DNA of 33,675 nt from Verrucomicrobiota bacterium (GCA_038209025.1 JBBQYD010000003.1:1-33675); one strand, 5' to 3'. Numbered from the stretch's first letter, positions 7,996 through 17,581 are shown. Notes: generated by a model from the letters alone, not told the origin. Numbers and translations are program-made.

Positions 7996-8871
7996 ATGGA
8001 TGTAACCCAAGATGTGCCGGTGCCCAGCACCGCAGCCCCCGCTTTTTCCGGCGGGGCCTCGCTGTTGGCATCCGCGGAGAAAACCCAGGGCCTGCCCCGG
8101 GTGCCTGGGTTGTTGCCGTTGCGCATCCTGATTGCCGATGACCAAACCCTGGCCCGCGAGGTGCTCCGCCGGATGCTTAGGGATGAGCCCGAAGTGCAAA
8201 TCGTGGGGGTCGCAGCCAGTGGTCATGAAGCTGTCGAAGCCATCCGGCGCGAGCAACCCGATCTGGTTCTGCTGGACGTGGAGATGCCAGACTTGGACGG
8301 CTTTGGGGTGGTGCGCCAGATTCAGGCGCCCAAGATGCCGGCGGTCATTTTCGTAACCGGCAACGAGAGCTTCGCGATCCGCGCGTTCGACATCCAGGCC
8401 ACTGATTATCTCGTGAAGCCCTGCTCGCGGGAGCGCCTGCGCGTGGCCCTGGGCCGCGCCCGGGAGTTGCTTCAACTCCGCCAGACCCAGGACCTGGAAA
8501 ACCGCCTCCGGACAGTGCTCGGCAGCGCGTTGCCCCGGAATGCCGCCGCCCAATCCCAATACCTTGCGGTTAATTCAGAAAACCGGATTTTGTTCCTGAA
8601 GACCACGGATATTGCCTGGATCGAGTGCCGGGATCGGCAGGTGTTCATCCATTTCAGACAGCAGGCTCACGCGCTGGCCGATGGGTTGGCCGCCCTCTGG
8701 CTGAAACTGCCGGGCGACCAATTCGTCCAGGTCAACCCGCAGACCATTCTTAATCTGGCACAAATCCAGGAACTCCAGTCCGGCCCCGGCCAGACCAGGG
8801 TCCTGCTGCGGGACGGATCCCAGCTTAGCCTGGATGACCAGAGCCTCGCCCGGTTGCGCCAATTCTGTTAA
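7996..8871 (+). CDS. LytR/AlgR-family response regulator (REC plus degenerate LytTR)
   Basis: REC domain: ILIADD, LLDVEMPDLDGF, IFVTG, DYLVKP. The C-terminal half has LytTR-like architecture. Start codon uncertain. Confidence 0.85.
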   Translation: MDVTQDVPVPSTAAPAFSGGASLLASAEKTQGLPRVPGLLPLRILIADDQTLAREVLRRMLRDEPEVQIVGVAASGHEAVEAIRREQPDLVLLDVEMPDLDGFGVVRQIQAPKMPAVIFVTGNESFAIRAFDIQATDYLVKPCSRERLRVALGRARELLQLRQTQDLENRLRTVLGSALPRNAAAQSQYLAVNSENRILFLKTTDIAWIECRDRQVFIHFRQQAHALADGLAALWLKLPGDQFVQVNPQTILNLAQIQELQSGPGQTRVLLRDGSQLSLDDQSLARLRQFC

Positions 8872-8884
8872 CCGCCCGCGCGCT

Positions 8885-9160
8885 TCAACGTTTCCGCACC
8901 TGGTCCTTCTTTTCCTCGAAATTCGCCCGGATGGTTTTCCGCTCGCTCACCAGTTGTTTCTCGAGCTGCTCCACGGCTTCCATCTCACCCTTCCCGGCAG
9001 CCTTGGCCAGCTCTCCATTCAAAAACAACTCCCGCTCGGCCAGGCGGGCGGCGCATTGCGAGTCCAACTCCGCAAGCTGCGCCTTCTGTTTGGCCGTCAC
9101 TTTGACGGTAGGCGCGGATTTATTGAGCCGTTCCATCGCCAGATCGTATGCTGATTTCAT
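8885..9160 (-). CDS. Small helical hypothetical protein
   Basis: MKSAYDLAMERL... 91 aa, charged and coiled-coil-like. It converges on the regulator gene without overlap. Confidence 0.75.
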   Translation of the reverse strand: MKSAYDLAMERLNKSAPTVKVTAKQKAQLAELDSQCAARLAERELFLNGELAKAAGKGEMEAVEQLEKQLVSERKTIRANFEEKKDQVRKR

Positions 9161-9234
9161 AAGACTTGTTTCCGAACCAAGGTGGTCCATCCCGTCCGCC
9201 GGGTCCAGCGCCGCATGATACGGAGCCAGCGCCG

Positions 9235-10131
9235 CTAGGTTTCCAACCGGGGAACGTCCGGCATGGGGCGCCCGGTTCCGGGGTCCACGGGGACGGCTTT
9301 CAAAATGCCGGGGACGACCTCGGCGGGCTTGGCCACCGGCCGCCCGGTTTCCTGCTCCCAGGCGCGAACGGCCAGGAGCAAGGCCAGTCTCCGGGTGCGC
9401 CGCACGGTGTCCTCGTGGCGGCTGCGAAAATCCTTGAAGCGCTCCGCGGAACCGCGGCTCGCCAACAGGCCGCCGAGCTGGCTCACCAACCCGAAGCTCG
9501 CCCGCGACCAGGCCGTTTCCGTGGCCAGCACCTGGGCGGCCGGTTCCCGGCGAACCTCACAGGCCTCGATGGCCTGCGCTGCCTTCCCGCAGGCGCCGCC
9601 GCCTAAATTGGCGGCCTGGGCCCGCAGCGCCGCACCCCCGACCAGCTCAATGGTCAGCCCGGTCAGGCCGTCCACCAGCACCCCTCCACGGCTGATGCCC
9701 TGCCCCAGCCGAATCATATCAATCTCGCACTCAATCGCTTCGTTAGTGCGGCTCTCCAGGAGATGCGACCGCGCCTGGATCCCCAAGATCAACGCCAGCC
9801 GTTTAAGGCTCTTCAAATCGTCGTGATGGCGGTTTACCCAGGCGCTTTCCGTGGCCAGCGGCACCTGCACCGGCCCATCCAGGAGCGTGTGCAACTCCCG
9901 CAGTAATGGCGCATTGGCCTTCCCCAACGCCAGAACCTCGGCGGACTTCATTTCCGCCATGTCCGCGGTCGGGCGTTTGAGCTGGCCGGCAAGCTCCACG
10001 ATTCGCGCGTAGCCGTTTGGGTGCGCCACCGCCGGCAGTTTGCTGGTGCGCCGGACCGTCCAATCGGCAACCCGGATGGCCACCAGCACCAACGCCAGCA
10101 CTATCAAAACCCGGGTGATCGATTTCAGCAT
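9235..10131 (-). CDS. Membrane-anchored helical hypothetical protein
   Basis: N-terminal TM segment (RVLIVLALVLVAI) and C-terminal LAVRAWEQETGRP....VPGILKAVPVDPGTGRP, a pseudopilin-like tail. Start placed at ATG 10131. Confidence 0.7.
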   Translation of the reverse strand: MLKSITRVLIVLALVLVAIRVADWTVRRTSKLPAVAHPNGYARIVELAGQLKRPTADMAEMKSAEVLALGKANAPLLRELHTLLDGPVQVPLATESAWVNRHHDDLKSLKRLALILGIQARSHLLESRTNEAIECEIDMIRLGQGISRGGVLVDGLTGLTIELVGGAALRAQAANLGGGACGKAAQAIEACEVRREPAAQVLATETAWSRASFGLVSQLGGLLASRGSAERFKDFRSRHEDTVRRTRRLALLLAVRAWEQETGRPVAKPAEVVPGILKAVPVDPGTGRPMPDVPRLET

Positions 10132-10399
10132 AAATTCGCCCGGCACCCCCGCTGAAGCGCGCCTGAGCCCGATCAACATACCAAGCCGCGGCCGGGGCGG
10201 AAAGCCCGAAGGCGGCTCCCGAATTTCCGTGCGCGCACCCCTCTGCGGGTCTAATTTGGGCTGGAACAATGGCGGCTGAGCATTGGAACAGACTATCCCA
10301 CGAGCGCGAGCCGCGGGAGCAAGGTTGCGGCCTGCCGGCCGGGGCCGCTGAGGCCGGCTGCGGTCTCTTCCCGCCCGAGTGCAAAACTCACTTTTGGCC

Positions 10400-11122
10400 A
10401 TGACCCCCAATTCCGCCACCCGCGAAGAGGCTGTTCCTGTCGATCTGGACGGGGCTGAAGGCGACCCCATGCAGACGACCATGGCCCTCGAAGACCAGCA
10501 GCCGGCCGCTGAGTTGCTGGAGTGCGGCGTGGATGAGGTTGGCATTGGCTCCGCCATCGCCGAAGTCTATGCGGCAGCGTGCATTTTAGACCCCGCGCAC
10601 CGGATCAATGGCCTGAGAGATTCGAAGCAGCTCACGCCCGAACGGCGAAAGGAGCTAAGTGACCGGATCAAAGAACGGGCCCTGGATTTCTGCATTGCCA
10701 CGGCGAGCCTGGAAGAAATCAACGAGCTGAACGTGTTCGGGGCAACCATGCTCGCCATGCAACGGGCGGTCGCCGGCCTGAAGCTTAAACCCGGGATTGT
10801 GCTCATCGACGGGAATCGCCTGCCCAAATTGCCTTTCCCCGCCCGCACCATCGTTCAGGGGGATGCCAAAGTGCGCGCAATCTCGGCCGCCTCCATTTTG
10901 GCCAAAGTGGCTCGCGATGAAGCCGTGGTGAAATACCACGAGCAATTTCCCCAATATGGTTTTGCTCAAAACAAAGGGTACTTGACCGGGTTTCATCTTG
11001 CCAGTTTGCGGCAGTTCGGCCCCTGTGCGATACACCGGCAGAGTTATGAGCCGATCAAATCACTGCTGGCTCAAGGCGGATCAGAGCGGCAGCTCAGCCT
11101 GATCGCCGAGGCGCGCGATTAA
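10400..11122 (+). CDS. rnhB: Ribonuclease HII (divergent)
   Basis: GVDEVG, LRDSKQL, LIDGN, IVQGDAK..AISAASILAKVARD, YGFAQNKGY, IHRQSY. Start uncertain (10379, 10400 or later). Confidence 0.92.
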   Translation: MTPNSATREEAVPVDLDGAEGDPMQTTMALEDQQPAAELLECGVDEVGIGSAIAEVYAAACILDPAHRINGLRDSKQLTPERRKELSDRIKERALDFCIATASLEEINELNVFGATMLAMQRAVAGLKLKPGIVLIDGNRLPKLPFPARTIVQGDAKVRAISAASILAKVARDEAVVKYHEQFPQYGFAQNKGYLTGFHLASLRQFGPCAIHRQSYEPIKSLLAQGGSERQLSLIAEARD

Positions 11123-11327
11123 ATCGGGCCGGAGCCTGCAGCTTTAGGTCCTGTGCGCTGGACAACCGGATTGCCTTCTTAGGCGCGGGCCAAGGGATTG
11201 GGGGGAAGCCCTGGCGATCTGGCAGCCTCCGCGACGCAGGAAGCGGTCTGGGTTACAGCGAAAAGCCGCCGCTCAAGCCAGCGAGTAAAACTCGCCACCG
11301 CCGCCTTTTTTTGGCAACGTCCAGCCA

Positions 11328-12500
11328 ATGCGAGAGACGTTTCGTGCCTGGACGGAAAATCTGGAGACTTTCTTTCTGGAAGTCATTCTGGAGCATCGGC
11401 GCGGCGCGCGGGCGACGGTGGTCCGGGGAATTCTCCTCACGCTCTCCAAGGTATTCGAGGTGGCGATCAAAACGCGGCGATTCCTTTACAATGCGCGCAT
11501 CCTGCGCGATTCCACCCTGGGCGTGCAGGTCATTGCCATCGGCAACCTGACCGTTGGCGGCACGGGCAAGACCCCGGTGGTGGAGAAGTTCGCCCGGGTA
11601 TTGCGCGACCAGGGGCGGACGGTTGCCATTCTCTCCCGCGGGTATCGGTCCAAACCGACCCCGCTGACCAAGCTGCTCTGGAACAAGCTCCTGCTCCGTC
11701 ACGACACCACCCCACCGCGCGTGGTGTCGGATGGAAAGAACCTGCTGCTGGACTCGGAAATGGCCGGCGATGAGCCCTACATGCTGGCATCCAACCTGAA
11801 AGACGTGGTCGTGCTGGTGGATAAGGACCGGGTGAAAAGCGGGCGCTACGCGATTCAAAAATTCGGCTGTGACACCCTGCTGCTGGACGACGGGTATCAA
11901 TATTGGAAGCTGGCCGGCCGGCGCCTGGATATTGTGCTGATCGATTGCCAGCAACCGTTCGGCAATGAGCGCCTGCTCCCCAGGGGCACGCTCCGGGAGC
12001 CGCCTTCGCACCTGGCCCGCGCCAGCACCATTTTCATCACCAAGAGCGATGGCAACACGGAAAAACTGCGCCAGCGCATCGCCCAGTTCAATCCCGACGC
12101 CGGCATCATCGAGTGCATCCATCACCCGCTCTATTTCGAAGACGTCTTTAACGGCCAGCGCCAGGAATTGGATTGGCTCAAAGGGCGGAAGGTCGCCTCG
12201 CTGAGCGGCATCGCCCAACCGGAGAGCTTCGAGCAGAGCCTGGTGAGCCTGGGGGCCGACCTGGTTTACTCCAAGCGCTTTGCCGACCACCACCGGTTCA
12301 CCCAGCAGGAGTTGCTCAACGCCATCAACCGCAGCAAAAAACGCCAGGCCGATTTCATCGTCACCACCCAAAAAGACGCGGTCCGGTTCCCGAAACTCGA
12401 CCGGCGCGACCTGCCGATCTTCTTCATGCGGGTGGAGATCAAAATCCTCAGCGGCGCGAAGGACTTTCAGGACTGCGTGCGCAAAATCTGTTTCCGCTGA
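11328..12500 (+). CDS. lpxK: Tetraacyldisaccharide 4'-kinase
   Basis: IGNLTVGGTGKTP, ILSRGY, GDEP, LLDDGYQ, LLPRGTLREP, FADHH, TTQKDAV. Confidence 0.96.
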   Translation: MRETFRAWTENLETFFLEVILEHRRGARATVVRGILLTLSKVFEVAIKTRRFLYNARILRDSTLGVQVIAIGNLTVGGTGKTPVVEKFARVLRDQGRTVAILSRGYRSKPTPLTKLLWNKLLLRHDTTPPRVVSDGKNLLLDSEMAGDEPYMLASNLKDVVVLVDKDRVKSGRYAIQKFGCDTLLLDDGYQYWKLAGRRLDIVLIDCQQPFGNERLLPRGTLREPPSHLARASTIFITKSDGNTEKLRQRIAQFNPDAGIIECIHHPLYFEDVFNGQRQELDWLKGRKVASLSGIAQPESFEQSLVSLGADLVYSKRFADHHRFTQQELLNAINRSKKRQADFIVTTQKDAVRFPKLDRRDLPIFFMRVEIKILSGAKDFQDCVRKICFR

Positions 12501-12507
12501 CCACCTG

Positions 12508-13434
12508 ATGCAAACGTTCCTCTATTTGCTGGCGCGCGGGTTGATCGGCCTGATTCAAGCCCTGCCCCTGACCTGGGTAGCCCGCCTGGGCCGCGGCGGC
12601 GGCGCCCTGGCCTTCGCGCTGGACGCGCGGCACCGGCGCGTTGCGCTGCGTAATTTAACCATGTGCTTGGGGGGGGAGAAATCAGCGGCGGAAATCCGCG
12701 CCCTGGCCCGGGAGAACCTGCGCCGCATCGGTGAAAATTTTGCCTGCGCCGTGAAAACCGCCGGCCTGACCAATGAAGAACTCAAGCCTTGCCTGGAATT
12801 GGTTTGTTCCCCGGAATTGGCGGAGCGGTTCGCGCGCCCCGGGACCAACCGCATGGTGGTCGCCATCGGGCACTTTGGGAATTTCGAATTGTACGCGCGC
12901 TGCATCTCGATCGCGCCGGGGGTGCCCAGCGCCACCACCTACAGGGCCTTGAAACAGCCCGGGTTTAATCGCCTGCTGAAATTGCTCCGCAACCAATCCG
13001 GGTGCCACTTCTTTGAGCGCCGCAGTGAGGGAGCCGAACTCAAGAGCTTCATGAACCAGCCGCGCGCGATGCTTGGATTGCTGGCTGATCAAAGCGCGGG
13101 GGGCACCCGGCTGCGGCTGCCGTTCTTGGGTCACGAATGTTCCACCAGCAGCGCCCCGGCGGTGTTTGCGCTTCGTTACGGATGCGACCTCTACACCGCC
13201 ATCTGTTACCGGGTGGCCCTGGCCCGGTGGCGGATTGAACTGGGCCGGGCCATTCCCACACATGACGCGGCGGGGATGCGGCCCATCGCCGCCATCATGA
13301 CGGACGTGAACCAGGCTTTTGAAGCGGCCGTGCGCCGCGATCCGGCCAACTGGTTTTGGGTCCATAACCGCTGGAAAGTTCCCCGCCAAAAAGCCCCTCC
13401 AGCCACGCCCGACAAGGACGAGGCCGAAAATTGA
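12508..13434 (+). CDS. Lipid A biosynthesis acyltransferase (LpxL/HtrB family)
   Basis: GHFGNFE (H-x4-E), LLADQ, PFLG, and C-terminal P.NWFWVHNRWK. Directly follows lpxK. Confidence 0.9.
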   Translation: MQTFLYLLARGLIGLIQALPLTWVARLGRGGGALAFALDARHRRVALRNLTMCLGGEKSAAEIRALARENLRRIGENFACAVKTAGLTNEELKPCLELVCSPELAERFARPGTNRMVVAIGHFGNFELYARCISIAPGVPSATTYRALKQPGFNRLLKLLRNQSGCHFFERRSEGAELKSFMNQPRAMLGLLADQSAGGTRLRLPFLGHECSTSSAPAVFALRYGCDLYTAICYRVALARWRIELGRAIPTHDAAGMRPIAAIMTDVNQAFEAAVRRDPANWFWVHNRWKVPRQKAPPATPDKDEAEN

Positions 13435-13515
13435 CAGGCTGGCCGGTTTTCCTGCCGGGTGGCCCGGTTCATCCGCTTTCTTGCCTTTCCGGCGTGTTAG
13501 CGGATAATTCCCGGT

Positions 13516-14436
13516 GTGCAGTTGACCGTTAATCAGTTAACCGATGAGTTAGTGGCGTCCTATGCGCGGACCGGCGGCATTAATCACCTGGATGGCCAGA
13601 ACCTGCCCTCCAAACGCACCATCGCCGTCATTACCGCCAACCTCCTGCGACTCCTGTTTCCCGGGTTTTTCGACGAGAAACTGCTGCATTCCTCCAAAGT
13701 CCACGAGGAAACCTCCGCCCTGCTCAAAGGCGTTGCCGCCAGCCTCGAGGACGAAATCTGCAAGAGCCTCGAGTATCATCCGCCGCCCGAGCTGCCGCGA
13801 AAAAGCCTCCGGCCCGCCGCCCGGGCCATGACCATTGAGTTCCTGCGCAGCCTGCCCCGCATTCGCGACCTCTTGCAGACGGATACCGAGGCGGCCTACA
13901 ACGGGGATCCCGCCGCCTTAAGCAAGGAGGAAGTGATCGTGGCTTATCCCTTCATCGAGGCCATCGCCGCCCAGCGCCTGGCCCATGAGTTGTATCTTAA
14001 GAATATTCCCCTGATCCCGCGCATCATGACCGAGTGGGCTCATACCCGCACCGGGATGGATTTGCATCCGGGCGCGCAGATCGGCTCCCATTTCTTCGTC
14101 GATCATTGCACCGGCACAGTGGTGGGGGAAACCTCGATGATCGGGGATCACGTCAAGATGTATCAGGGGGTGGGTCTGGTGGCCAAATCGCTCGCCGCCG
14201 GCCAGCTACTGCGGGGTCAAAAACGCCACCCCACCATCGAAGACCGGGTGACCCTCTATGCCGGCGCCACCATCATGGGCGGCGATACGGTCGTAGGCGA
14301 GGGCAGCACCATCGGCGCAAACGTTTTCCTTACCAGCAGCGTCCCCCCTCATTCCCTCGTGGTTCAGGAGGAAGCCAAAGTCAGAGTCATGAGCAAGAAG
14401 CGCCGGGAGAAACTGGTCATCGATTACTCCATCTAG
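13516..14436 (+). CDS. cysE: Serine O-acetyltransferase (long EpsC-like form)
   Basis: GDPAA..EVIVAYP, RLAHELY, TGMDLHPGAQIG..FFVDHCTGTVVGET, KRHPTIED, and hexapeptide repeats. Confidence 0.92.
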   Translation: MQLTVNQLTDELVASYARTGGINHLDGQNLPSKRTIAVITANLLRLLFPGFFDEKLLHSSKVHEETSALLKGVAASLEDEICKSLEYHPPPELPRKSLRPAARAMTIEFLRSLPRIRDLLQTDTEAAYNGDPAALSKEEVIVAYPFIEAIAAQRLAHELYLKNIPLIPRIMTEWAHTRTGMDLHPGAQIGSHFFVDHCTGTVVGETSMIGDHVKMYQGVGLVAKSLAAGQLLRGQKRHPTIEDRVTLYAGATIMGGDTVVGEGSTIGANVFLTSSVPPHSLVVQEEAKVRVMSKKRREKLVIDYSI

Positions 14437-14559
14437 CCGTCCCGGGCACCCCGCTCAGCGTAAGGTCAGTTCATGATCAGGGTTAATTCTGCGGCGGGCC
14501 ACTTGCGCGTTTATTAGGCCGGTGCTAAGGTCAAACTGCTTTTTAATACACTACTCTCT

Positions 14560-15270
14560 ATGAAGAATATCGCGACTTCGATTGTGCTCGCGGCTCTGGC
14601 CGCCGGCTTGTGCGCCGTCCAGGCGGGCGAAATCACCGGCAAAATCACGCTCAAGGGCACCGCTCCCAAGGAACGGGATATCACCCCGCTAAAAGAGGAC
14701 CCCACGTGCGGGAAACTCCACCCCGGTCCGGTCCCCACCACCCGGTTCTACGTGGTAGGCGCGGCCGGCGAACTGGCTGACGTGGTGGTCTCGCTGGAGG
14801 GCGTCAGCGGCAAATCCAAGGGCGAAGCCGCCGCTCCCGCCGTGATGGACCAGAAGACCTGCCTTTACGTGCCGCAAATCCTGGCGGTTCAGACCGGCCA
14901 GAAAATTACCGTCAAAAATTCCGACCCCGTCATGCACAATGTTCACGCGCAGCCTGCGACAACGGGCAATAAAGAAGAAAACAAGGTGCAGATGCCCAAT
15001 AGCGAGGATCTCAATTTCTCGTTCGCCAAGCCTGAGGAATTTGTGAAGTTCAAGTGCGATGTGCATCCGTGGATGTTCGCCTGGGTAAGCGTGTTCGATC
15101 ATCCCTATTTTGCCGTTAGCAAAGCCGACGGCACGTTCAAGATCAGCGATGTGCCGCCCGGCAAATATACGTTGAAAGCGATCCACCGGAAGGCGGGCGC
15201 CGCCACCCAGGAAATTGAGGTGAAGGATGGCGCCCCGACGACCGTGACGCTGGCGTTGGACGCCAAGTAG
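14560..15270 (+). CDS. Exported protein with cupredoxin-like core and carboxypeptidase-regulatory-like beta-sandwich
   Basis: Signal peptide, NSDPVMHNVH, KCDVHPWM (possible Cys/His/Met copper ligands), and GTFKISDVPPGKYTLKA. Confidence 0.8.
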   Translation: MKNIATSIVLAALAAGLCAVQAGEITGKITLKGTAPKERDITPLKEDPTCGKLHPGPVPTTRFYVVGAAGELADVVVSLEGVSGKSKGEAAAPAVMDQKTCLYVPQILAVQTGQKITVKNSDPVMHNVHAQPATTGNKEENKVQMPNSEDLNFSFAKPEEFVKFKCDVHPWMFAWVSVFDHPYFAVSKADGTFKISDVPPGKYTLKAIHRKAGAATQEIEVKDGAPTTVTLALDAK

Positions 15271-15288
15271 GCAAGGATCGGGGTTTCC

Positions 15289-15320
15289 GCCGCTGCGGTG
15301 CGCCGCAGCGGCTTTGTTTT
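15289..15320 (+). terminator. Rho-independent terminator
   Basis: Perfect 10-bp stem GCCGCTGCGG-tgcg-CCGCAGCGGC followed by TTTGTTTT, 19 bp after the stop codon. Confidence 0.75.
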
Positions 15321-15339
15321 ATAACGAAAGGAGGTTTGC

Positions 15340-16563
15340 ATGTTGTCCGACTCGGCGGTGAACCGAGCCCGCCACTGGTTTGCCGTGCTCACAGCGGCAG
15401 CCACCCTGGGGTTGATCCTGGCGGGCGGACTGGTGACCAGCCATGGCGTAGGGATGTCGGTACCGGATTGGCCCAATACCTACGGCTACAACCTGTTTTT
15501 CTTCCCGATCTCGAAATGGGCGGGAGGTATTTTTTATGAGCATTCGCACCGGTTGGTGGCTTCAGGCGTGGGGCTGTTGACGGTCATTTTAGCCATCTGG
15601 CTGCATGGGCGCGCCGCCCGGCCCCTGCTGCGGTGGGGAGGGGGCCTGCTGTCGGGGGCGGGACTGGGGCTATGGGGGGTCATGCCCGGCCGTTGGAGCG
15701 ATGCGGTGGTGGTTCTGGCGGTCGGCGTCGCGGGGCTGGCTGCCAGTGTCGTGTGGAGCGGCGGCGAGCCGGCCCCCAAGTGGCTGCGCCGCCTGGGCAT
15801 CCTGGCGGTGGTGGCCGTGATTGCGCAGGGCGTCCTGGGCGGCCTGCGCGTAACCCAGATCAGGGATGAACTGGGCATCTTTCATGCCGCGTTGGCGCAG
15901 GCGTTTTTTTGTCTGATGTGCGCCATCGCGCTTTTCACCAGCCCCTGGTGGGCCAAACGCAGGCCGGCCGACACCGCTGCCGCGCGCTGCCTGGCGCCCT
16001 GCTATGTGACGGCCAGTTGCCTGATCCTGGCCCAGTTGGTGCTCGGAGCAACCATGCGGCATCAGCACGCCGGGTTGGCCATCCCGGACTTCCCGCTGGC
16101 CTACGGGAAGGTGTGGCCCGATACCGATCCAGCCGCCGTGGAACGTTACAACCAGCGACGGATGGAAATCGTGGCTGTAAGACCAATCACCGGATTTCAA
16201 ATAGAACTCCAAATGGCCCATAGACTTCTGGCCACGGTCGTCGTGGCGGCGGTGTTTTTTTGCGCCTGGCAGACGTTCGCGCGATTGGGGCGGAATAATT
16301 TATGGTCTGTTTTAACCCTGGGTTGGGCCGGGCTGATTTCTCTGCAAGTCATTCTGGGAGCGGTAACTATATGGTCTGATAAAGCGGCTGACATCGCCAC
16401 TGCCCATGTGTTTGTGGGGGCCCTGTCACTGGCGCTTGGATCACTTATATGTATAGTAAGCATTCGAACGGCTTTAGACATAATGAAAGTTAAGGCTGCT
16501 TTTGACGCGGCTCGCGAGGCACCCGACCAGCCTCCCGGCCCGCGGATATCCGCCGCCAATTAA
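15340..16563 (+). CDS. ctaA: Heme A synthase (COX15/CtaA)
   Basis: GGLVTS..GMSVPDWP, FYEHSHRL, QGVLGGLRV, HAALAQ, MAHR, ATAHV. Multi-pass membrane protein. Confidence 0.9.
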   Translation: MLSDSAVNRARHWFAVLTAAATLGLILAGGLVTSHGVGMSVPDWPNTYGYNLFFFPISKWAGGIFYEHSHRLVASGVGLLTVILAIWLHGRAARPLLRWGGGLLSGAGLGLWGVMPGRWSDAVVVLAVGVAGLAASVVWSGGEPAPKWLRRLGILAVVAVIAQGVLGGLRVTQIRDELGIFHAALAQAFFCLMCAIALFTSPWWAKRRPADTAAARCLAPCYVTASCLILAQLVLGATMRHQHAGLAIPDFPLAYGKVWPDTDPAAVERYNQRRMEIVAVRPITGFQIELQMAHRLLATVVVAAVFFCAWQTFARLGRNNLWSVLTLGWAGLISLQVILGAVTIWSDKAADIATAHVFVGALSLALGSLICIVSIRTALDIMKVKAAFDAAREAPDQPPGPRISAAN

Positions 16564-16564
16564 G

Positions 16565-17467
16565 ATGAAAGTTACTGTAGAAACGTTTGTCGAGGCGGCA
16601 CCCGCCGAAAAGAGCTGGGTGGCCGTTTATGCGGATCTGTTTAAGGCCCGGCTCACCTTGCTGGTGTTGCTCACCACCATGGTTGGGTTTTACATCGGGT
16701 TCCGCGGAGCCATCGACTATTTGCTGATGTTCCATACGCTTTGCGGGACGGCGCTGCTGGCCAGCGGGGCGGCGGCGTTGAACCAGTTGTTTGAGCGCCA
16801 GTATGACGCCCGGATGCGGCGTACCCAGGACCGCCCCCTGCCCTCCGGCCGGCTGCAGCCGCGCACGGTTCTCCGCGTGGGGGTGGCGGCCGCCACGGTG
16901 GGCGTTTTGCAGCTCGCCTTCCTCGTCAATCTCACCACCGCCGTGCTGGGGGTGGTGTCCCTGATCACCTATGTGTTCATTTATACCCCGCTCAAGCGGG
17001 TCACCTGGATGAACACCCTCGTCGGCGCCTTCCCCGGGGCGCTGCCCCCCCTGATGGGCTGGACCGCGGCTCGCGGAGATATTTCCCTGGCGGGTTTGTC
17101 GCTCTTTGCGGTGCTGGCTTTCTGGCAGTTGCCTCACTTTTTTGCCATTGCCTGGATGTATCGCGGCGAATACGCGAAAGCCGGCTTCAAAATGCTGCCC
17201 GCGGTGGACCCCGACGGCCAGCGGACGGCCCGCCAGGCCGTCGGCCATGCGGTGGCGCTCGCGGGCGTGAGCCTCAGCCCGTTCTTTTTTGGCCTGGCGG
17301 GGTCTCTCTACCTGGTGAGCGCCCTGGTGTTTGGCGGCGCGTTTGTCTGGTGCGCCCTGCAATTCTCGCGGTGTCTGACGGTGAACCGGGCACGGCTGCT
17401 TTTCTTTGCGTCGATCGTTTACCTGCCCCTGCTCCTGGGGGTGATGGTGGTGGACAAAATCAAGTAA
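16565..17467 (+). CDS. ctaB: Heme O synthase (protoheme IX farnesyltransferase)
   Basis: NQLFERQYDARMRRTQDRPLPSGR, YTPLKR, GAFPGALPPLMGW, FWQLPHF, EYAKAGFKMLP. Confidence 0.95.
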   Translation: MKVTVETFVEAAPAEKSWVAVYADLFKARLTLLVLLTTMVGFYIGFRGAIDYLLMFHTLCGTALLASGAAALNQLFERQYDARMRRTQDRPLPSGRLQPRTVLRVGVAAATVGVLQLAFLVNLTTAVLGVVSLITYVFIYTPLKRVTWMNTLVGAFPGALPPLMGWTAARGDISLAGLSLFAVLAFWQLPHFFAIAWMYRGEYAKAGFKMLPAVDPDGQRTARQAVGHAVALAGVSLSPFFFGLAGSLYLVSALVFGGAFVWCALQFSRCLTVNRARLLFFASIVYLPLLLGVMVVDKIK

Positions 17468-17581
17468 CCCGGTGAACAACAGCGTGGCCACCACCAGGAA
17501 TGGAGCAGCTTTAACGCATATTGTTGTTGAGCGCGCAAAATAAGGTTAGCTATGGTATCCCAGATTAATTCCTAATTGACC

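Noticed and set aside
9235-10557. 440-aa version of the hypothetical protein
   Set aside because: The first 142 codons overlap rnhB and the divergent intergenic region. The TM-bearing start at 10131 is more plausible.
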